Of a stretch of 64,000 nucleotides of DNA, positions 57,178 to 64,000 are shown piece after piece. Position 1 is the stretch's first letter. The number at the start of each line of letters is the position of its first letter. Under the pieces are notes generated by a model. That model did no database searches. It was not told the origin of the DNA and worked only from the letters and a program-made list of their open reading frames with translations. Source of the DNA: Nitrospirota bacterium (lineage in GTDB: Bacteria > Nitrospirota > Thermodesulfovibrionia > SZUA-242); the NCBI GenBank assembly GCA_016212095.1, contig JACRHH010000024.1, forward strand, positions 7,482-71,481. Reading direction: 5' to 3'. Made by a program: the position numbers and the translations under genes.

Positions 57178-58230
57178 ATGGATGAAAGAACCATCAGGAT
57201 ACTGACAGCCGTTGTGGAGAACTATATCGAGACGGCCGAGCCGGTGGGGTCGCGCACCCTGACCAAACGGTTCGATTTCGGGCTTTCACCCGCAACAATC
57301 CGCAACATAATGGCAGACCTCGAAGACATCGGCCTTCTCATGCAGCCGCACACATCCGCCGGGCGGATGCCCACCGGCAAGGGCTATCGCTACTACGTAA
57401 ACAACTGCATGGGCGAAAGCGTGAAGGACGAGCGGCTGATGGCGTTCCGCTCTGAGGTTCAGACCCGGCTGGATTCAATAAAAAAGGACGTTTCCTCGCT
57501 TCTGGAAGATGTGGCCCACGAACTGTCGCGTTCGTCCCATCATATAGGAATAACCGTGGCTCCGCGCATGTCTAAAAGCAGGCTTTCGCGCGTTGAACTG
57601 ATTCAGGTGAAGGGGCCGCGAGTTCTGGCCGTGGTGATAACCGAGGAGGGAATTGTTAAAAATTTCCTTATCGAGCTTGAGGAGAGCATCGCCCAGAAGC
57701 ATCTGAACAAGATAAGCGCATGGATAAACAGGACGCTCTGCGGCCTTACCTACGACGAGGCCCGGCGCACGCTTGTGCGTCAGGTTTACGAGGACAAGGC
57801 AGTTTACGACATTCTGGTTTCGCGCGCGATGCACATAAGCCGCGAGATAGTCGATCGCCAGACCGACGAGAACATATACGTTGGCGGATATTCGGAGGTT
57901 CTGGCCCAGCCGGACTTCGTGAACATCGACGCCATAAAGGACATCTTTCGCGCCATCGAGGACAAGCACATGATGCTTCGCCTGCTGGGTATCGTCGAGC
58001 AGATGGACGATCACGGCGTCACGGTTCTGATCGGCTCCGAAAATCCTATCGGCGAGATGCATGATTGCAGCATGGTATTCTCTCCATACCTGCGGGGCGG
58101 CAAGGTGATCGGAACCGTCGGTGTTATCGGCCCAATAAGGATGCATTACCCGGAAGTGATCTCGATGGTTGACAACACCGCCCAGTATTTAACCAATGTA
58201 TTTTCAGACAAGCAGGAGGGTTCAGAGTAA
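57178..58230 (+). CDS. hrcA: Heat-inducible transcription repressor HrcA
   Basis: EPVGSRTL, SPATIRNIMADLE, PHTSAGR, GVIGPIRM. Confidence 0.96.
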   Translation: MDERTIRILTAVVENYIETAEPVGSRTLTKRFDFGLSPATIRNIMADLEDIGLLMQPHTSAGRMPTGKGYRYYVNNCMGESVKDERLMAFRSEVQTRLDSIKKDVSSLLEDVAHELSRSSHHIGITVAPRMSKSRLSRVELIQVKGPRVLAVVITEEGIVKNFLIELEESIAQKHLNKISAWINRTLCGLTYDEARRTLVRQVYEDKAVYDILVSRAMHISREIVDRQTDENIYVGGYSEVLAQPDFVNIDAIKDIFRAIEDKHMMLRLLGIVEQMDDHGVTVLIGSENPIGEMHDCSMVFSPYLRGGKVIGTVGVIGPIRMHYPEVISMVDNTAQYLTNVFSDKQEGSE

Positions 58231-58233
58231 ACA

Positions 58234-58824
58234 ATGCCGACACCTGACGAACAGGACGAGATGAACGCAAAGCCGGAAGTTTCTCCGGAATCTCAGCCGA
58301 AAACCGTTGCCGAGGTTTCGGAACTGGAGAAGCTTAAAGACGAGGCGAAGGCCGCAAACGATAAATATCTGCGTCTTTACGCCGAGTTCGACAATTTCAA
58401 GCGCCGCGCCGCAAGGGACAGGGAGGAACTTCAGAAGTTCGCGGTCGAGGGACTGGTCTGCGATCTTCTTTCGGTTGCCGATCATCTGGAGATGGCGATA
58501 AAGCATTCGAAGCAGGGCGAGGGCGACGCGCTCGACAGCTTGGTGAAGGGCGTGGAGCTGACGCTGAAGGAGCTTGAGCGCGTGCTCGAAAAGCACGGAG
58601 TATCGGCGATAACCGCGATAGGCGAGCCGTTCGATCCGGAAGTGCATCACGCCATGACCCGCATGGCCACAACCGCGGTTGCCGAAAACTGCGTGGCCGA
58701 GGAATTTCGCAGGGGTTACAGGCTGAGGGAGAAGGTTATCCGCCCGACAATGGTGGCGGTGGCCATGGCTCCGCAGAAGGAAGGCGCGAATCAACAGGAA
58801 CCGCCGCAGGGCGAAGGCGCGTAA
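58234..58824 (+). CDS. grpE: Nucleotide exchange factor GrpE
   Basis: YLRLYAEFDNFKRR, FDPEVHHA, GYRL..VIRP. Confidence 0.96.
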   Translation: MPTPDEQDEMNAKPEVSPESQPKTVAEVSELEKLKDEAKAANDKYLRLYAEFDNFKRRAARDREELQKFAVEGLVCDLLSVADHLEMAIKHSKQGEGDALDSLVKGVELTLKELERVLEKHGVSAITAIGEPFDPEVHHAMTRMATTAVAENCVAEEFRRGYRLREKVIRPTMVAVAMAPQKEGANQQEPPQGEGA

Positions 58825-58908
58825 GGCGCATACATATCTTTACACCGCATGGCAAGCCACGCGGGACATTAACGCAATTTATCGTTATATAACGAGGAGG
58901 AATAGATT

Positions 58909-60834
<1,926 letters not shown>

Positions 60835-60848
60835 TTTCAGATAGATAA

Positions 60849-62021
60849 ATGGCCGCCAACGACTACTACGCTTCACTCGGCGTCGAGAAGAACGCAAGCG
60901 ACGCCGAGATTAAAAAGGCATACCGGAAGCTTGCGCTCAAGTATCACCCCGACCGCAACCCCGGCGACAAGGCGGCGGAAGAGAAGTTCAAGCAGATAAA
61001 CGAGGCTTACTCCTGCCTGAGCGACGCCCAGAAGCGGGCCAATTACGACCGCTACGGCTCCGCCGAGGGGCCGGGCGCTGGCTTTGGAGGATTTGGAGCG
61101 GGGGCAGGCGCGGCTGGATTCGGCGGATTCGGCGATGTGTTCGAGGATCTTTTCGGAGCAGCGTTCGGCGGCGCGGGCGGACGCACGAGGGCCGCGCGCG
61201 GAACAGACCTTCGCTACGACCTGAACATAACGCTTGAAGAGGCGGTATTCGGCGCGGAAAAGGAGATTACTGTTCCGCGCTGGATGCGCTGCGACACATG
61301 CGACGGCTCCGGCGCGAAGCCCGGCACATCGCCAACAACCTGCGCCACATGCAAGGGGCATGGCGAAGTCCGCACCCAGCAGGGTTTCTTCAGCATGGTT
61401 CGCACCTGTCCGCGCTGCGGCGGCGCGGGCCGTATCATCAGCGATCCTTGCGGCACGTGCAAGGGCGGCGGAAAGGTTCGGCGCGAGCGGACGATTTCGG
61501 TGAAAGTGCCTGCCGGAGTGGATAACGGCATCCGGTTGAAGATGACCGGCGAGGGCGAGCTTGGCGCAAGCGGCGGGCCTCCGGGCGATCTCTATATCGT
61601 GATGAACGTTGCGGAGCACCAGGTGTTTCACCGCGACGGCGACGACCTTGGCTGCGATTTCCATATCTCATTCGCCCAGGCAGCGCTTGGCGCCGAGTTC
61701 GTCGTGCCGACGCTCGACGGCAAGGGCGCGGCCCTGCGCGTTCCGCCCGGAACCGCGTCGCACGAGGTTTTCCGCCTGCGCGGCAAGGGCGCGAAAAGCC
61801 TTCGCGGCGCTTTTCACGGCGACCAGCTTGTGCGCGTGGTTATTGACGTGCCAAAGAAGCTGACCGACAGACAGAAGGAACTGCTGCGGGAGCTCGAAAT
61901 GATCGGTTTAAGCGCAAAGCAGCCGCACGGCAAAGGTTCGAGCACCCACGACAAAGGCTCGCCCCACGACAAAGGCGTGGTTGAGAAGCTTGGCGACACG
62001 GTGCGGGATTTGTTCAGGTAA
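60849..62021 (+). CDS. dnaJ: Chaperone DnaJ
   Basis: J domain HPD, G/F region, four CxxCxGxG repeats. Confidence 0.97.
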   Translation: MAANDYYASLGVEKNASDAEIKKAYRKLALKYHPDRNPGDKAAEEKFKQINEAYSCLSDAQKRANYDRYGSAEGPGAGFGGFGAGAGAAGFGGFGDVFEDLFGAAFGGAGGRTRAARGTDLRYDLNITLEEAVFGAEKEITVPRWMRCDTCDGSGAKPGTSPTTCATCKGHGEVRTQQGFFSMVRTCPRCGGAGRIISDPCGTCKGGGKVRRERTISVKVPAGVDNGIRLKMTGEGELGASGGPPGDLYIVMNVAEHQVFHRDGDDLGCDFHISFAQAALGAEFVVPTLDGKGAALRVPPGTASHEVFRLRGKGAKSLRGAFHGDQLVRVVIDVPKKLTDRQKELLRELEMIGLSAKQPHGKGSSTHDKGSPHDKGVVEKLGDTVRDLFR

Positions 62022-62041
62022 GACGCAGGGAGATACCGAAT

Positions 62042-62140
62042 ATGCCAACAATCAGCATGTTTTATGGAATAGTCATATACCTTTATTTCCTCGACAACCA
62101 GAAACACAATATTCCCCTCAACATCGAGCCATTGCGATAG
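62042..62140 (+). pseudogene. DUF4160-family toxin with internal deletion (32 aa)
   Basis: MPTISMFYGIVIYLYFLDNQKHNIP joined directly to a typical C-terminal IEPLR*; precedes DUF2442 gene. Confidence 0.75.
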
Positions 62141-62149
62141 GCGCTTGCC

Positions 62150-62389
62150 ATGGAATCGGTCATAAGGGTGACACCTCGCGAGAATTACCTCCTTGAACTG
62201 GAGTTTGGCACGGGTGAGGTGCGGCTTTTCGACGTGCGCCCATACCTGGAAACGGGCGTCTTCCGACAGTTGAAGGTACTATCACTGTTTGCAAAGGCAT
62301 ACGTCGCCTTCGATACTGTTTGCTGGCCCGGCGAAATCGATATTGCTCCGGAAACGCTATATCGCCTTTCAGTGCCGGTGGCAAGATAA
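62150..62389 (+). CDS. DUF2442-family antitoxin
   Basis: YLLELEF, FDVRPYL, TVCWPGEIDIAPETLY. Confidence 0.85.
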   Translation: MESVIRVTPRENYLLELEFGTGEVRLFDVRPYLETGVFRQLKVLSLFAKAYVAFDTVCWPGEIDIAPETLYRLSVPVAR

Positions 62390-62435
62390 ATCCGCGTGTT
62401 AATCGCGCGCCGATAGCAACAGCCGCGTTGAGTTG

Positions 62436-63155
62436 ATGCCCCCCTCAATCCTCCTCCCAGCCTCCTCCCTCGCCGGCGGCATATCGGTTGAAGGCGATCA
62501 GGCGCATTATCTGGGCCGGGTGCTGCGGCTTGCGCCGGGCGATGCCGTTTATCTGCTCGACGGACGCGGAAGCCGCTGCCGGGCGGTAATCGTTTCGATA
62601 GACCGCAGGCGGGTTCTGCTTGAGCCGGGCGAGATCGAAACGCTCGACACCGAATCAGCGCTTCGCATTACGCTGGTTCAGGGGCTGCCCAAGGGCGAAA
62701 AGATGGACTGGATCGTTCAGAAGGCAACCGAGCTTGGCGTTGCCGCAATCGCGCCGGTTATTACAGAACGCTCGCAGGTTCGCCACACCGGAGGTGCTGA
62801 CAGATGGCGGCGGATAGCGGTATCGGCGGCGGCTCAGAGCGGGCGCGGGGTTGTGCCGGAAATATTTGAACCGCAGACACTTGCCGGGTTCTATCGGGCG
62901 CATGATGCGTCCGAACGTGGAATCATCTTCTGGGAGGGCGCAATCGTGCCGCTTGCCGATGCGATAAACGGATGGCGGCGCGGCGGCGGTTTATGCGCGC
63001 TGGTTGGGCCGGAGGGCGGTTTTTCCGCGGATGAGGCGGGCGAGGCTGTGAAGCATGGATTTGTTCCGGCATCGCTTGGCAGGCGGATTCTGCGCGCCGA
63101 GACAGCGGCTGTTGCGGCTGTCGCAATTCTGCAATACGCGATGGGAGATGTGTAA
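62436..63155 (+). CDS. rsmE: 16S rRNA m3U1498 methyltransferase
   Basis: HYLGRVLRL, QKATELG, AAAQSGR, VGPEGGF, LGRRILRAETA. Confidence 0.95.
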   Translation: MPPSILLPASSLAGGISVEGDQAHYLGRVLRLAPGDAVYLLDGRGSRCRAVIVSIDRRRVLLEPGEIETLDTESALRITLVQGLPKGEKMDWIVQKATELGVAAIAPVITERSQVRHTGGADRWRRIAVSAAAQSGRGVVPEIFEPQTLAGFYRAHDASERGIIFWEGAIVPLADAINGWRRGGGLCALVGPEGGFSADEAGEAVKHGFVPASLGRRILRAETAAVAAVAILQYAMGDV

Positions 63156-63238
63156 CCTGTTGGGATAATTCATGAATCCTGCCGCCATCGTATTTCCACC
63201 CGGCGTATGTTAAGATAACGCGAAACTATCCTTTTTAT

Positions 63239-64000
63239 ATGTCGAAAACCGTTGTAATTGCAAATCAGAAGGGCGGCGTGGGTAAAACCACCACCGCCGT
63301 AAATATAGCCGCGTCCTTGGCCGTGGCCGAAAAGCGGGTGTTGCTTGTCGATACGGACAGCCAGGGCAATACCACAAGCGGCCTTGGTTTCGACAGAAAC
63401 GATCTCGGTCATTCGCTCTACGATTTCTATACCGGCGCCTCATCGATGCGGGAAATCATCCGTGGCACGATGCTTCCATTTCTAAAAATTGTGCCGTCGT
63501 CCGTTGACCTGATCGGCGCCGAAATAGAGCTTGTGGGCAGCGATGGCAAGGAAACGCTGCTTCGCGAAGGAATTCGCTCCGTAAGCGACATGTTCGATTA
63601 CGTCATCATCGACTGCCCTCCATCGCTTGGAATCCTCACTCTGAACGCGCTTGTGGCCGCCCAAACCGTGCTCGTGCCGGTTCAGTGCGAGTATTACGCG
63701 CTTGAAGGGCTTGGCCAGCTCATGCGGACGGTGGAGCTTGTGCGCGGATCGTTCAATCCGGAACTCGAAATAGAGGGCATTCTGCTTACGATGGTGGATA
63801 TGCGGAACACTCTGGCCCGTCAGGTTGCCGACGAGGTGAAGAAACATTTCGGCGACAAGGTTTACCGCACGGTTATCCCGCGCAACGTAACCCTTAGCGA
63901 GGCTCCAAGCCACGGCAAGCCGGTGATGCTCTACGATGTCCGCTCCAGCGGAGCCCAGAGCTATCTGGCGCTTGCGCGTGAGGTGTTGGGCGGGCAGGAA
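63239..64000 (+). CDS. parA: ParA/Soj chromosome partitioning ATPase (runs off window end)
   Basis: MSKTVVIANQKGGVGKTTT, IIDCPPSLG, VPVQCEYYALEG, IPRNVTLSEAPSHG; not in ORF track because no stop in window. Confidence 0.95.
   Translation, partial: MSKTVVIANQKGGVGKTTTAVNIAASLAVAEKRVLLVDTDSQGNTTSGLGFDRNDLGHSLYDFYTGASSMREIIRGTMLPFLKIVPSSVDLIGAEIELVGSDGKETLLREGIRSVSDMFDYVIIDCPPSLGILTLNALVAAQTVLVPVQCEYYALEGLGQLMRTVELVRGSFNPELEIEGILLTMVDMRNTLARQVADEVKKHFGDKVYRTVIPRNVTLSEAPSHGKPVMLYDVRSSGAQSYLALAREVLGGQE

Overview
GC-rich (visually ~60%) chromosomal window from a Gram-negative anaerobe; gene content suggests Nitrospirota or Desulfobacterota (inference). In order: an AI-2E transporter and extended YvcK, then a Mo/W-cofactor block (59-aa CELGCF protein absent from the ORF track, fdhD, moeA, inserted class III cyclase, moeA-PBP). 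A HydC/HydB-like plus selenocysteine formate dehydrogenase operon (in-frame TGA with SECIS) and fhs follow. An accessory block before tRNA-Ala holds a TonB receptor, a 38-aa Cys-Cys precursor peptide and a radical SAM/SPASM maturase (RiPP-like), plus decayed toxin-antitoxin modules. Next are speD, a Cys-repeat lipoprotein, a DnaQ-like exonuclease, a hybrid kinase, sigma54-type hsp20-hsp20-clpB, mdh-rdgB-tilS-arsS, a PilZ gene and a split glutamate synthase. An uncharacterised four-gene putative polysaccharide synthesis/secretion operon (TolC-like/hydrolase fusion, HlyD, Cys-rich TackOD1-like protein, processive GT2) follows. The end holds namZ plus a murU-amgK-like fusion carrying an in-frame palindromic repeat, more TA pairs, rluD, carbonic anhydrase, nadD-rsfS-rlmH-lapB, tRNA-Leu, CIRCE-hrcA-grpE-dnaK-dnaJ, rsmE and a partial parA. 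No CRISPR array, integrase or transposase was seen. Family calls rest on motif recognition, not database searches.
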